Shown here: positions 1-8,405 of the stretch, in pieces
Layout: each line of letters opens with the position of its first letter
Numbering within the stretch: the first letter of the stretch is position 1
Virus record (IMG/VR): IMGVR_UViG_3300024273_002067
Source: a virus
Taxonomy: Duplodnaviria > Heunggongvirae > Uroviricota > Caudoviricetes
DNA: 64,000 bases
Reading direction: 5' to 3' (one strand)
Position numbers and translations under genes: made by a program
The notes under the pieces: generated by a model
Told to the model about the DNA's origin: nothing
Databases searched by the model: none
Seen by the model: the letters and a program-made list of their open reading frames with translations, nothing else

Positions 1-117
1 TCTTATGGAAGATTTTAATAAAGATAAAAGAATACAACAGTTAGACTTTAGAATATACCCAACTAAGAATGATGTCGAAGAAGTTGAATCAGATAAGAAT
101 TTCATTAAGTGGGTAGA

Positions 118-146
118 TTAAACCAAAACAAAGATGAGTAAAGAAG
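118..146 (+). repeat. Conserved stop/start junction copy 1 (TTAAACCAAAACAAAGATGAGTAAAGAAG)
   Basis: Near-identical ~30-nt motif read directly at six gene boundaries within 1.5 kb; contains ATG of the downstream gene. Confidence 0.8.
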
Positions 147-346
147 AACAATATTGGGAACAAAAAGGATACGATGCTAAGTGTTGGGGGTATGTTATAT
201 TAGATTTTGTATGGGATAAAGATAAGAAAGAACACCCAAAGAAGTATCAGAACTCATATCGTCTTGGACAATGGAGAGCCTATGAAGAAGGAAAGTCATT
301 TAAGAATGAAAAACCATATTTTGATAAACCAAAACAAAGAAAATGA
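134..346 (+). CDS. hypothetical small protein (MSKEE...)
   Basis: ORF with ATGAGTAAAGAAG start motif; stop overlaps next start (AAAATGAGTT). Confidence 0.5.
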   Translation: MSKEEQYWEQKGYDAKCWGYVILDFVWDKDKKEHPKKYQNSYRLGQWRAYEEGKSFKNEKPYFDKPKQRK

Positions 347-663
347 GTTATAAAGAAAAATTTAAAGAGAAAAATGTAGACTCTTATAATGAGTTAGATA
401 AATTCTTAGAAAAAAAAGGTTCAAAAATTAAATACATTGTAACCTCCAACGAGTTAGCAGTGTATCTTACAGATGAAAAAGTTACGACTGGTTCTTGGAT
501 ATGGAACAATAAGATTATGATTCCCAACCCTTATCAAGCAAGTAATAAGTTGGACTTTATATTAAAAAATGACACTGTATATACGATAATATTTTCAATT
601 CCTTGCATATGTGGTATATATGAAGATGAAGAACATGTTACCAAAAACAAAGAAGATGAATAA
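343..663 (+). CDS. hypothetical protein, C-terminus ...KNKEDE
   Basis: ORF; ends in the conserved junction with TAA overlapping the next ATG. Confidence 0.5.
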   Translation: MSYKEKFKEKNVDSYNELDKFLEKKGSKIKYIVTSNELAVYLTDEKVTTGSWIWNNKIMIPNPYQASNKLDFILKNDTVYTIIFSIPCICGIYEDEEHVTKNKEDE

Positions 664-670
664 AGATAAA
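638..670 (+). repeat. Conserved stop/start junction copy 2
   Basis: CCAAAAACAAAGAAGATGAATAAAGA; stop of 343..663 and ATG at 656. Confidence 0.7.
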
Positions 671-910
671 GACTTAAAGACTCAATCAGATGAGATAATA
701 AGATTGAAAGCAGAACTCAAAAGAGTTACCAAAAAAGCATCTATCTTAGAGCAGGATGTTTTTAAACTGATAGCTGCGGAAGAATCCAAAGAGAAGGATG
801 AGATGATAGATGCTTTAATAGATGAGTTAGAAGGCACTACTAAGACAGACCATACCTTTAGACTAATTGAAAAAGCTAGAAAGTTAATCTTTTTAAAACA
901 CAGAAAATGA
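656..910 (+). CDS. hypothetical coiled-coil protein (start re-called to ATG 656; ORF track starts at GTG 611)
   Basis: Internal ATG sits in the conserved junction; the upstream part of the track ORF begins with GTG. Confidence 0.45.
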   Translation: MNKDKDLKTQSDEIIRLKAELKRVTKKASILEQDVFKLIAAEESKEKDEMIDALIDELEGTTKTDHTFRLIEKARKLIFLKHRK

Positions 911-1077
911 TAAAAATAACATTAATTCAAGAAGAGTTAGAGAAAGAAATTAGACAAGCTTTTGTTTATGGTCAAGGGAATAGAGCTTTGATGGAAGTTG
1001 GTTTAGAAAAAGATGAAACAGAGGACTATGTTAATAGTAGAATGAGGAGTTTATTAAATCAAGACAAAGATGAGTAA
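907..1077 (+). CDS. hypothetical 56-aa protein, C-terminus ...NQDKDE (not in ORF track, below 60 aa)
   Basis: ATGA overlap with the upstream stop; ends in junction copy 3. Confidence 0.45.
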   Translation: MIKITLIQEELEKEIRQAFVYGQGNRALMEVGLEKDETEDYVNSRMRSLLNQDKDE

Positions 1078-1083
1078 AGAAGA
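1054..1083 (+). repeat. Conserved stop/start junction copy 3
   Basis: TTAAATCAAGACAAAGATGAGTAAAGAAG. Confidence 0.75.
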
Positions 1084-1324
1084 TAAGATAAAAGAAGCTA
1101 TTACAGATATACTATGGATGGCTATTAGATATGCTGATGGAAGACATACTTATGCACCATCAACAGTTAGAAGAGCTGTTAAAGTTATTAAAGAAGTTTA
1201 TCCAGACTTTAAACTAAAGGAAGATAAAACTCTTATCCAACCAAATGAAAAGGATTTATTTGGTGCCTCTTCTAAGGAGGATTATTTATATGACTTAGTA
1301 AATCAAACCAAAGATTATGAGTAA
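1070..1324 (+). CDS. hypothetical protein (MSKED...)
   Basis: ORF starting in junction 3 and ending in junction 4. Confidence 0.5.
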   Translation: MSKEDKIKEAITDILWMAIRYADGRHTYAPSTVRRAVKVIKEVYPDFKLKEDKTLIQPNEKDLFGASSKEDYLYDLVNQTKDYE

Positions 1325-1326
1325 TT
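1301..1326 (+). repeat. Conserved stop/start junction copy 4 (degenerate)
   Basis: AATCAAACCAAAGATTATGAGTAATTC. Confidence 0.55.
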
Positions 1327-1451
1327 CAGAATTAGCAATAAAGATTGTTGAACTATTTAATCCAAATATGGGAGGAAAATGGGACTCTATAATGTATGAG
1401 CAGAAAAAATTAGTATTAGACATATTAAACCAAAACAAAGAAGATGAGTGA
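1317..1451 (+). CDS. hypothetical 44-aa protein, C-terminus ...NQNKEDE (not in ORF track)
   Basis: ATGAGTAA overlap with the upstream stop; 45 codons counted directly. Confidence 0.45.
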   Translation: MSNSELAIKIVELFNPNMGGKWDSIMYEQKKLVLDILNQNKEDE

Positions 1452-1455
1452 AGAA
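1425..1455 (+). repeat. Conserved stop/start junction copy 5
   Basis: TTAAACCAAAACAAAGAAGATGAGTGAAGAA. Confidence 0.8.
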
Positions 1456-1617
1456 TTAACACTAAAAGAAAGAGAGGTTTTATGTGAGCAAAAAGGAGCT
1501 ACTTGGGATTTACCATTTGAACATAAAGTAGCTGATAAGTGGAGAATACCTAAATTAAGAGATAAATTAACACTAGAGCAAATAGAACACTTAAACCAAA
1601 ACAAAGAAGATGAGTAA
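1444..1617 (+). CDS. hypothetical 57-aa protein, C-terminus ...NQNKEDE (not in ORF track; the antisense track ORF 1425..1766 is probably spurious)
   Basis: 58 codons counted; begins and ends in conserved junctions. Confidence 0.45.
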   Translation: MSEELTLKEREVLCEQKGATWDLPFEHKVADKWRIPKLRDKLTLEQIEHLNQNKEDE

Positions 1618-1622
1618 AGAAA
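1591..1622 (+). repeat. Conserved stop/start junction copy 6
   Basis: TTAAACCAAAACAAAGAAGATGAGTAAAGAAAC. Confidence 0.8.
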
Positions 1623-2344
1623 CAAAATCAAAAGACTTATTGACCTGGGAGGGTTATGAGTGGCAAGTTGGAGAGAGGTGGGGATTAATGCATCCCGAAA
1701 AAACAGAGTGCTGGTATGATGAGTCAGCCGTTGAAATAGTAGGAGATGAATTACACCTTCACACACACCACAACCCAGTTACAATAGATGGTAAAGAATC
1801 TCCTTTTGGTGTAGGGTTAATAAATTGTACAACAAAGTTTGGCTACGGCAGATATGACATAGACATAAAGTTGCCAAAAGGACCTTGCCTTTGGCCAGCT
1901 TTCTGGATGTGGGCTTTTGAATCATGGCCTCCAGAAATAGATGTTTTCGAAGGGTATTCTAACAAAAGAGGTAGCTATACTAACTTTAGTAATTTTCATG
2001 AATTCATAATGGGTAAATTTTGGAAGGTACAAACAAATGTGCACTTAGGCAAGGTGCCTAAAAATTATTCTACTGGTGCTAAAAGTCACTGGCTTAGTTG
2101 GACTTCTCCAGATAAAGTATTCAACAAATATAGCTTAGAATGGTACAAAGATGAAGTAAATATACTTTTCAATGATAAGTTGGTTCGTAAGATAACTGAT
2201 GAAAGTGTATTAGAACAATTACGAGGTAAAGATATGAACGTTATTATAAATAACGGTATACAGAAAGAGCATGTAAATTTAGTTGACAAAAAATTTAAGT
2301 CTACTATGATTTGTAAAAATTTTAGATATTCAAAATATAATTAA
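1610..2344 (+). CDS. Glycoside hydrolase family 16-like (laminarinase / beta-glucanase fold)
   Basis: WPAFWMW and catalytic ExDxxE-type motif PPEIDVFEG. Confidence 0.55.
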   Translation: MSKETKSKDLLTWEGYEWQVGERWGLMHPEKTECWYDESAVEIVGDELHLHTHHNPVTIDGKESPFGVGLINCTTKFGYGRYDIDIKLPKGPCLWPAFWMWAFESWPPEIDVFEGYSNKRGSYTNFSNFHEFIMGKFWKVQTNVHLGKVPKNYSTGAKSHWLSWTSPDKVFNKYSLEWYKDEVNILFNDKLVRKITDESVLEQLRGKDMNVIINNGIQKEHVNLVDKKFKSTMICKNFRYSKYN

Positions 2345-2355
2345 AACAATAGAAG

Positions 2356-2589
2356 ATGAAAAATAACTTATTAAACTTAAGTACAGAGTTAATTAAAAAA
2401 ATAAAATCACTTGAAGGATTTAATTCCCCATTAATTGAAGAAGAAATCATAAGGTCTTTAGCCATAGAGTTAGATGAATTGACTTCACCCAGTCAAGAAG
2501 AGAGGGTAAAGGCGTTACACAACATGTTTGCATTGGGCCAAATATTTAATAAGCACAGAGAAAAAAAAGAAGAAGAAAATGCAGATTGA
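2356..2589 (+). CDS. hypothetical protein
   Basis: ORF in a co-directional array. Confidence 0.4.
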   Translation: MKNNLLNLSTELIKKIKSLEGFNSPLIEEEIIRSLAIELDELTSPSQEERVKALHNMFALGQIFNKHREKKEEENAD

Positions 2590-2814
2590 TTTAAATATAT
2601 ACAGAATTGGAAAATCATATATCAAAATCAGAGCCAGACAAAAAGGGTCTAACCATAATAGGCATATACAACGAAACCTACAGAGATGTTGAGCCAGATT
2701 ATGAAGGGGCTAAAATTATAGTTTGGAATAATAGTTCAACTTCAAAAATAAATTAAAACATTTGTTATTGTAATATTTTTGTTATTAATTCGTTGTTAAT
2801 AAAAAAACATTACA

Positions 2815-3006
2815 ATGACTTGGTTTCAATTAAAAGATAAACAACTTCCCCAAAAAGGTAGCTGGGTTCTGATACGCTCATCACAAAAACATGTTCCAAA
2901 ATATGAAGTTTGCATATATGATGGTCATGGTGAATGGTTTATTCCAGCTTATGACGACTCTTGTGTGGAAAAAGATATTATAGAATGGTGCTATATTGAA
3001 AAGTGA
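2815..3006 (+). CDS. hypothetical protein
   Basis: ORF. Confidence 0.35.
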   Translation: MTWFQLKDKQLPQKGSWVLIRSSQKHVPKYEVCIYDGHGEWFIPAYDDSCVEKDIIEWCYIEK

Positions 3007-3127
3007 GAATACAGCAGTTAAAATATCACATATACATAGTAATGTCATCTGAAGAGGTAGTGCTATATCAAGGTAGTATATTTGGGTGTAAACGATATCT
3101 TGAGATTAATTTAAAAACAAAACACAA

Positions 3128-3421
3128 ATGAAAGACTTAATAGAAATGTCAGAAGGAAATCCTGGTGCATTAACTTGTTTAATGGGTATAATGAAATTTG
3201 AAAATCCAGAAGATTTAGTTAATGGTGTTAAAATAGTTTCAAAACTAAAAACTCTAAACATAAAAGGCACAGACATTTATGTGCTCTGGAGTGATTTAGC
3301 CGAAAGAGACTATTCTAAAATGGCTAATATATGTGAAAAATGTCCAGATGAAATTTTAGTAGATGCATGCTCAAGGCAAGACTACTCAGGTGTTGAATTA
3401 GTTAAAAGTTATATATCATAA
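3128..3421 (+). CDS. hypothetical protein
   Basis: ORF followed by a terminator. Confidence 0.4.
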   Translation: MKDLIEMSEGNPGALTCLMGIMKFENPEDLVNGVKIVSKLKTLNIKGTDIYVLWSDLAERDYSKMANICEKCPDEILVDACSRQDYSGVELVKSYIS

Positions 3422-3476
3422 AAGAGCAAGAGTTATTAAAAAAGTTATTAAAAAAATAATATAAATTAATTTATAG

Positions 3477-3510
3477 CGTTGAATCAAGTGTTTGTTTCAA
3501 CGTTTTTTTT
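3477..3510 (+). terminator. Rho-independent terminator (CGTTGAA-loop-TTCAACG followed by T8)
   Basis: Perfect 7-bp stem and T-run read in the sequence. Confidence 0.7.
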
Positions 3511-3539
3511 GCATTTAAACATAAAAGTTTGTACATTTG
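3508..3539 (+). promoter_or_regulatory. Bacteroidota-type promoter (TTTG -33 box, 20-nt spacer, TACATTTG -7 box)
   Basis: Matches the TTTG / TAnnTTTG sigma-A consensus of Bacteroidetes; sits 21 nt upstream of ATG 3561. Confidence 0.45.
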
Positions 3540-3560
3540 TAATACAAAAACACATGACAT

Positions 3561-3743
3561 ATGAATAAAGATATTTTAAAGAAAATAATAGGATACATTC
3601 TAATTTTGTTAGTAATTCTAATAACAATTAAACTCATTAAGGTTCTTCCTGTCATTATGAAACTTATGGCTTTGGCAGCCAATATATTAACTATATACTT
3701 AGCCTACACTTATTTTATTAATAACAAACAAAACAAAAATTAA
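3561..3743 (+). CDS. small membrane protein
   Basis: Hydrophobic ORF. Confidence 0.4.
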   Translation: MNKDILKKIIGYILILLVILITIKLIKVLPVIMKLMALAANILTIYLAYTYFINNKQNKN

Positions 3744-3747
3744 AATT

Positions 3748-4566
3748 ATGAACATTTTTAAATCAGTTGCAATAGGACTTGTGTCCTTAATTCTCTTAGT
3801 ATCCCTTTTTATGTCCTGGGTAGATGTAGACCCTGGTCAAGAAGGATTTGCATACAGACCTTACGGCGGCGGTGTTGACGTGGAGTCCAGTTATACTGAG
3901 GGTACTTATTTTATAGCACCTTGGAATGATGTTATAACGTACAACATTCTTCAGCAGTCCAAATCCTACAATTCAACCGTAATGGATGTGAACGGTACAG
4001 ACATATCTGTGGAGGTAGCCGTAAACTTCTCAGTAAGAAAAGGAAGCTCATCAAAACTTCACTTAAAACATGGAATTGGATACATTCAATTTATAGATGA
4101 TAAAGTTAAGGGCGCAATTAAAGATGTAGTTGGTCGATATACTTACCAAGAGGTATATTCAACAAAGCGTGAAGCTCTAGAGGGTGAGATAGAAGAAATT
4201 TTACTAGAAGATTTTAAGGGCAATTATATAGTGTTTCATTATGTTGAAATTGCTGATGTAAATCTACCATCAAATATAGCAGCAGAAATTACGAACAAGG
4301 AAACTCAAAAACAGAAAAATCTTACTGCTCAGCAAAAGCAACAAGAACAAATTTATCTTGCTGCTGCAAAAGTGGAAACAGCTAAAGGTGATTCTGCTAA
4401 AGTGGTAATTAATGCTACAGCTGAAGCTGCGTCAATAAACATTAAACAAAAACAACTTAAACAATCTCCTCAATACATTGAGTACCTTAAAGCACAAAAG
4501 TGGAATGGACAAATGCCTCAAGTTGTTGGAAATGGAAGCGGACTAATCATAGACTTGAACAAATAA
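3748..4566 (+). CDS. SPFH/band-7 (prohibitin/HflC-like) membrane protein
   Basis: N-terminal TM segment, SPFH-like core and Q/K-rich coiled-coil tail. Confidence 0.55.
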   Translation: MNIFKSVAIGLVSLILLVSLFMSWVDVDPGQEGFAYRPYGGGVDVESSYTEGTYFIAPWNDVITYNILQQSKSYNSTVMDVNGTDISVEVAVNFSVRKGSSSKLHLKHGIGYIQFIDDKVKGAIKDVVGRYTYQEVYSTKREALEGEIEEILLEDFKGNYIVFHYVEIADVNLPSNIAAEITNKETQKQKNLTAQQKQQEQIYLAAAKVETAKGDSAKVVINATAEAASINIKQKQLKQSPQYIEYLKAQKWNGQMPQVVGNGSGLIIDLNK

Positions 4567-4570
4567 TATC

Positions 4571-5638
4571 ATGAACATAGAACGCGACTACCTAAGATTA
4601 TTAAAAGACATACTCGATAATGGGCGTGAAAAAGAAGACCGTACTGGTACAGGTACAATCTCTCTATTTGGTAGACAAATCAGACACGATATGTCAAAAG
4701 GATTTCCACTAATTACCACCAAAAAAATGTATTGGAAAGGAATTGTAACAGAATTGATATGGTTCTTACGTGGTGATACAAACATCAAATACCTTGTTGA
4801 TAATGATTGTCATATTTGGGATGGTGATTGTTATCAAGCATATTTAAAAAACAGAGACTCACAATACATTGGGCCTTATTATACAAAAGAAGAATTCATT
4901 AACAAAATCAAAACAGATGATGAGTTTGCAAAGAAGTTTGGGTCACTCGGCCCCATCTATGGTAAGCAATGGAGAAATTGGACTAAAGATAAAGATGCTG
5001 GCGCTGTTGAAGGTGGTGTCTTTGTAGAATATGAACAAATAGACCAAATCAAAAATTTAATAGAACAACTTAAAACAAACCCAGATAGTAGACGATTAAT
5101 GGTTAACGCTTGGAATGTTGGGGAAATTTCACAAATGGCACTTCCACCCTGTCATTATGGATTTCAAGTTTATACAAGGGAGTTGAGTTACAACGAGCGT
5201 TATGATATTTGGTTTACGAATAATTACGAAACAGGTATGGAACGTAACTACGACAATAGACCTGACTTTGATGATGAATATTATACACCAACACCTAGCA
5301 GAGCAATCTCCTTAATGTTTAATCAACGTTCAGTAGATACTTTCTTAGGTTTACCATTCAACATAGCATCTTATGGTTTACTATTAAAAATAATAGCCAA
5401 AGAAGTTAATATGGTTCCTGATGAATTGATTGGTAATTTAGGTGATGTTCATTTGTATAAGAACCATATTGAACAAGCAAAAGAACAGTTAACCAGAGAA
5501 CCGATGAATTTGTCTGATGTTAGACTTAGAAATTATGAAAACTTAGAAAGTCTTTTAAATACTAAAAACTCAATGGATAACCTTCAACTATGGCATTATG
5601 ATTCACACCCATCAATTAAAGCGCCCCTCTCCAATTGA
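4571..5638 (+). CDS. thyA: Thymidylate synthase (ThyA) with an ~45-aa insertion
   Basis: dUMP-binding and catalytic-Cys regions (RTGTGT, LPPCH); insert between FQVY and the RAISLMFNQRSVDTFLGLPFNIASY block. Confidence 0.9.
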   Translation: MNIERDYLRLLKDILDNGREKEDRTGTGTISLFGRQIRHDMSKGFPLITTKKMYWKGIVTELIWFLRGDTNIKYLVDNDCHIWDGDCYQAYLKNRDSQYIGPYYTKEEFINKIKTDDEFAKKFGSLGPIYGKQWRNWTKDKDAGAVEGGVFVEYEQIDQIKNLIEQLKTNPDSRRLMVNAWNVGEISQMALPPCHYGFQVYTRELSYNERYDIWFTNNYETGMERNYDNRPDFDDEYYTPTPSRAISLMFNQRSVDTFLGLPFNIASYGLLLKIIAKEVNMVPDELIGNLGDVHLYKNHIEQAKEQLTREPMNLSDVRLRNYENLESLLNTKNSMDNLQLWHYDSHPSIKAPLSN

Positions 5639-5865
5639 CAAAAGAAGATATAGATAGAATCATAGAGATGGCCTGGGAAGACAGGACTCCTTTTGATGCT
5701 ATACAATATCAGTTTGGAATCAAGGAAAATGATGTTAGAAAACTGATGAGGAAGTATATGAAGAAAAGTTCTTTTATAATGTGGAGAAAAAGAGTTAAAA
5801 GTAGAAAGACTAAACACAAAGTCAACAATTTAAGTACTAGATTTAAATCTAAAAATCAAAAATAG
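5635..5865 (+). CDS. DUF2805-like small protein
   Basis: WEDRTPFDAI...WRKR motif; ATGA overlap with thyA. Confidence 0.4.
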   Translation: MTKEDIDRIIEMAWEDRTPFDAIQYQFGIKENDVRKLMRKYMKKSSFIMWRKRVKSRKTKHKVNNLSTRFKSKNQK

Positions 5866-5866
5866 A

Positions 5867-6070
5867 ATGAAAAGGGAAAGGTTTGAAGATATTAATGGAA
5901 AGGGTTATTTGGAAATAGTACATAAAGATAAGACTTTAATCAAAAATCCTGAAACGCTAGAAGAAGTTATAGAAGAGTTGAAAGATAGATTTGAGTTTGT
6001 GGAAGATAAGTCTATATTAGAAAAGGCTATAAAAGACATTAAAAAGAGTTGGAATAAAATAAATAAATAA
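5867..6070 (+). CDS. hypothetical protein
   Basis: ORF. Confidence 0.4.
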   Translation: MKRERFEDINGKGYLEIVHKDKTLIKNPETLEEVIEELKDRFEFVEDKSILEKAIKDIKKSWNKINK

Positions 6071-6080
6071 ATAAATAAAT

Positions 6081-6659
6081 ATGGAAACAGTACAATTAAT
6101 TTTAAAAATATTTTGGATGGTATGGATACCATGGATGTTTTTATTTTTTGGGTCTATGGCGTTATCACATTTGGGATACCCCAAACTAAATCATTTTATT
6201 TTAAAATATCTTTATTATTTTAGTAAAGAAGATAGAGATGCTAGAAAAAGAAGAAAACAAGCAAAGATAAGAATGTATGGCACCCGCGAAGAAAAAATAG
6301 AATTGCACAACAAGCTCAACCCAGACTATCAACTAATGACTAATGATGAGCTTTTTGATAAGTATGAAGGAATATCAAGAGATAAAGTGACAATATTACC
6401 AACCCCAACCTTTCTTTTGGACACAAGAACAAATAGTTTATATAGTGACTGCAAAGAAAGACAAGATGAATTAGATTTTATAAGAGAACAGATGAATGAA
6501 GGTAAGTACGTTACAGCCCCACAACCTAAACCATATTTAAGCACAAAAAGTGTGTTAACCTATTCTGGTGTAATTGATATGGCTAAAATTAATAAATCAG
6601 CAGAAAAAATATTTATATTTCCCCAAAAAGATGAGTATTATAGATTTATATCCATTTAA
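6081..6659 (+). CDS. hypothetical protein with an N-terminal TM segment
   Basis: ORF. Confidence 0.4.
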   Translation: METVQLILKIFWMVWIPWMFLFFGSMALSHLGYPKLNHFILKYLYYFSKEDRDARKRRKQAKIRMYGTREEKIELHNKLNPDYQLMTNDELFDKYEGISRDKVTILPTPTFLLDTRTNSLYSDCKERQDELDFIREQMNEGKYVTAPQPKPYLSTKSVLTYSGVIDMAKINKSAEKIFIFPQKDEYYRFISI

Positions 6660-6673
6660 AAAAACTAAACAAC

Positions 6674-7039
6674 ATGGAAAACAAAACAATAACTCTTGAA
6701 GGAGTAGAGTACAAATTGGTACCAGTAGAAAAGATTGCAGAAAGTGAATCAGTAACATTTTATTATGCATGTGATAGTGATTGTGGTTACTTTGAGTTTA
6801 ATGTATTACTAAATGATGATGGTGAAATATGGGAAGATACACAATCAATAACCTATTATCCAGAAGGAGCTATCAATACAAACAATAGAGAGTACTGGGA
6901 TAACAATGATTTCTTACTTGATGTGTTAGAAGATAATGAAAATATTGAAGTAACAAATCTAAGAAAAGAAATTGGTGACCCTAAATTTATAAGCCTAATT
7001 AATATTTTACAAAAAGTTCATGAAAAAGGATGGATATAA
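6674..7039 (+). CDS. hypothetical acidic protein
   Basis: ORF. Confidence 0.4.
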   Translation: MENKTITLEGVEYKLVPVEKIAESESVTFYYACDSDCGYFEFNVLLNDDGEIWEDTQSITYYPEGAINTNNREYWDNNDFLLDVLEDNENIEVTNLRKEIGDPKFISLINILQKVHEKGWI

Positions 7040-7057
7040 ACAAATAAAACAAAACAA

Positions 7058-7444
7058 ATGAAAAAATTATTATTACTAACACTATTACTACCTGGGTTTC
7101 TTTTCTCACAAAATGTTTTTGGTCAAACAAAAGAAGAAGTATATGAGTATTTGGTTTCTATAGATTGCAAATTCCCAGAAATAGTTACAGCTCAATCAAT
7201 TTTAGAGACTGGTCACTTTAAATCTTATAGCTGTAGAGTTAGGCATAATTTATTTGGTCTTAGATATAATAATAAATATTTTATCTTTGACAGCTGGGAG
7301 GAGAGTTGTGATGCATATATTAGCAAAGTTCAATACAAATATAAAAGTGGGAACTACTATGTGTTTTTAGAAAAGTTAGGATATGCTTCTGACCCCGATT
7401 ATTGTAAAAAATTAAAAAAGATAAAAACACAAATTAATAAATGA
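7058..7444 (+). CDS. Secreted peptidoglycan hydrolase, mannosyl-glycoprotein endo-beta-N-acetylglucosaminidase (FlgJ-like) domain
   Basis: Signal peptide; AQSILETGHF...NLFGLR and GYASDPDY motifs typical of the glucosaminidase domain. Confidence 0.65.
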   Translation: MKKLLLLTLLLPGFLFSQNVFGQTKEEVYEYLVSIDCKFPEIVTAQSILETGHFKSYSCRVRHNLFGLRYNNKYFIFDSWEESCDAYISKVQYKYKSGNYYVFLEKLGYASDPDYCKKLKKIKTQINK

Positions 7445-7623
7445 TTCTAAATCATTTAACTCCACAAGAAGTTTTTTTAAAAGAGGTAACTAAATGTCTA
7501 CAGAAAAACTTAGAGTTAAAAGCTGAGATTATAGAAAAAATAAATTCCACTTACGGTGGAGAAAAGTTAAGTTGGATTAAAAAATATAATGGACTCTTTA
7601 TTGAATTATACATACATAGATAA
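7441..7623 (+). CDS. hypothetical protein
   Basis: ORF; ATGA overlap. Confidence 0.35.
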   Translation: MILNHLTPQEVFLKEVTKCLQKNLELKAEIIEKINSTYGGEKLSWIKKYNGLFIELYIHR

Positions 7624-8050
7624 ACAACAGCGAGAAGGCTTAACTCTCAAATGGGAAGAGATAGGATTGTTGGGACTGACAGATTGTTACAATAAAAAGT
7701 TTGAACTTGCATTATGTTATGAGAAAATGGCGCAACATATTATTTATAAATCTGATGAAAAAAATAGTAGTAAAATTCTAAAGGAAGAAAGGTTAGTTAA
7801 CACAATGGTATTCGGATTGTTGTACAGGGTATTAAAAATAGAAAAAAATGGATTGTTTTACAGCATTGAAAATTTATATGATGATTTCAAGGAGTTTATA
7901 AAAGACAATTTACATATTTTTGATATTCCAGCATATAACATGGTGGATACGGAAGCAGAAGCGTGTTTACTTTACTTAGAAGTTTGTAAAGATAGAATGA
8001 TAAAAAAACACTTTATGTTTAAAAGGTTATTAACAGAAAAAACAATTTAA
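7589..8050 (+). CDS. hypothetical protein
   Basis: ORF. Confidence 0.4.
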   Translation: MDSLLNYTYIDKQQREGLTLKWEEIGLLGLTDCYNKKFELALCYEKMAQHIIYKSDEKNSSKILKEERLVNTMVFGLLYRVLKIEKNGLFYSIENLYDDFKEFIKDNLHIFDIPAYNMVDTEAEACLLYLEVCKDRMIKKHFMFKRLLTEKTI

Positions 8051-8052
8051 AA

Positions 8053-8313
8053 ATGAAAATACAAACTTTACTATTCATTATATTAATTACAAATTGTGTT
8101 TATTGTCAAGAATATTATACAGAATACACTAAAGCTTCTTTTGTGACCCAAAATAGAGACACACTGTATCTAATAGACGACCCCCTTGGATATAGTATAA
8201 AAAAAACGTGGGAAGATAAAAAATTGAAAGATATTAAGCCTGTTATAATATTTAAGGACTATATTTGGATAGAAGAAAAACACAAAGCATTGAAATATGA
8301 AAAAGTTAATTGA
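8053..8313 (+). CDS. secreted hypothetical protein
   Basis: Signal-peptide-like N-terminus. Confidence 0.4.
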   Translation: MKIQTLLFIILITNCVYCQEYYTEYTKASFVTQNRDTLYLIDDPLGYSIKKTWEDKKLKDIKPVIIFKDYIWIEEKHKALKYEKVN

Positions 8314-8405
8314 TAATATTGTAGAAATTGTTATAAAAAAGAGGTTTTCATATGTAGACCTTATAGTAATAGCTGTTATCGAATTTATAATACTAAACCT
8401 TACAA

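Noticed and set aside
1425-1766. 113-aa antisense ORF in the track
   Set aside because: It lies antisense to three plus-strand genes that carry the conserved junction motifs (1317..1451, 1444..1617, 1610..2344). It has a low-complexity Leu/Ser-rich composition typical of AT-rich antisense frames.
6058-6082. (AAATA)n microsatellite
   Set aside because: A short simple repeat in an AT-rich intergenic spacer, with no evidence of function.
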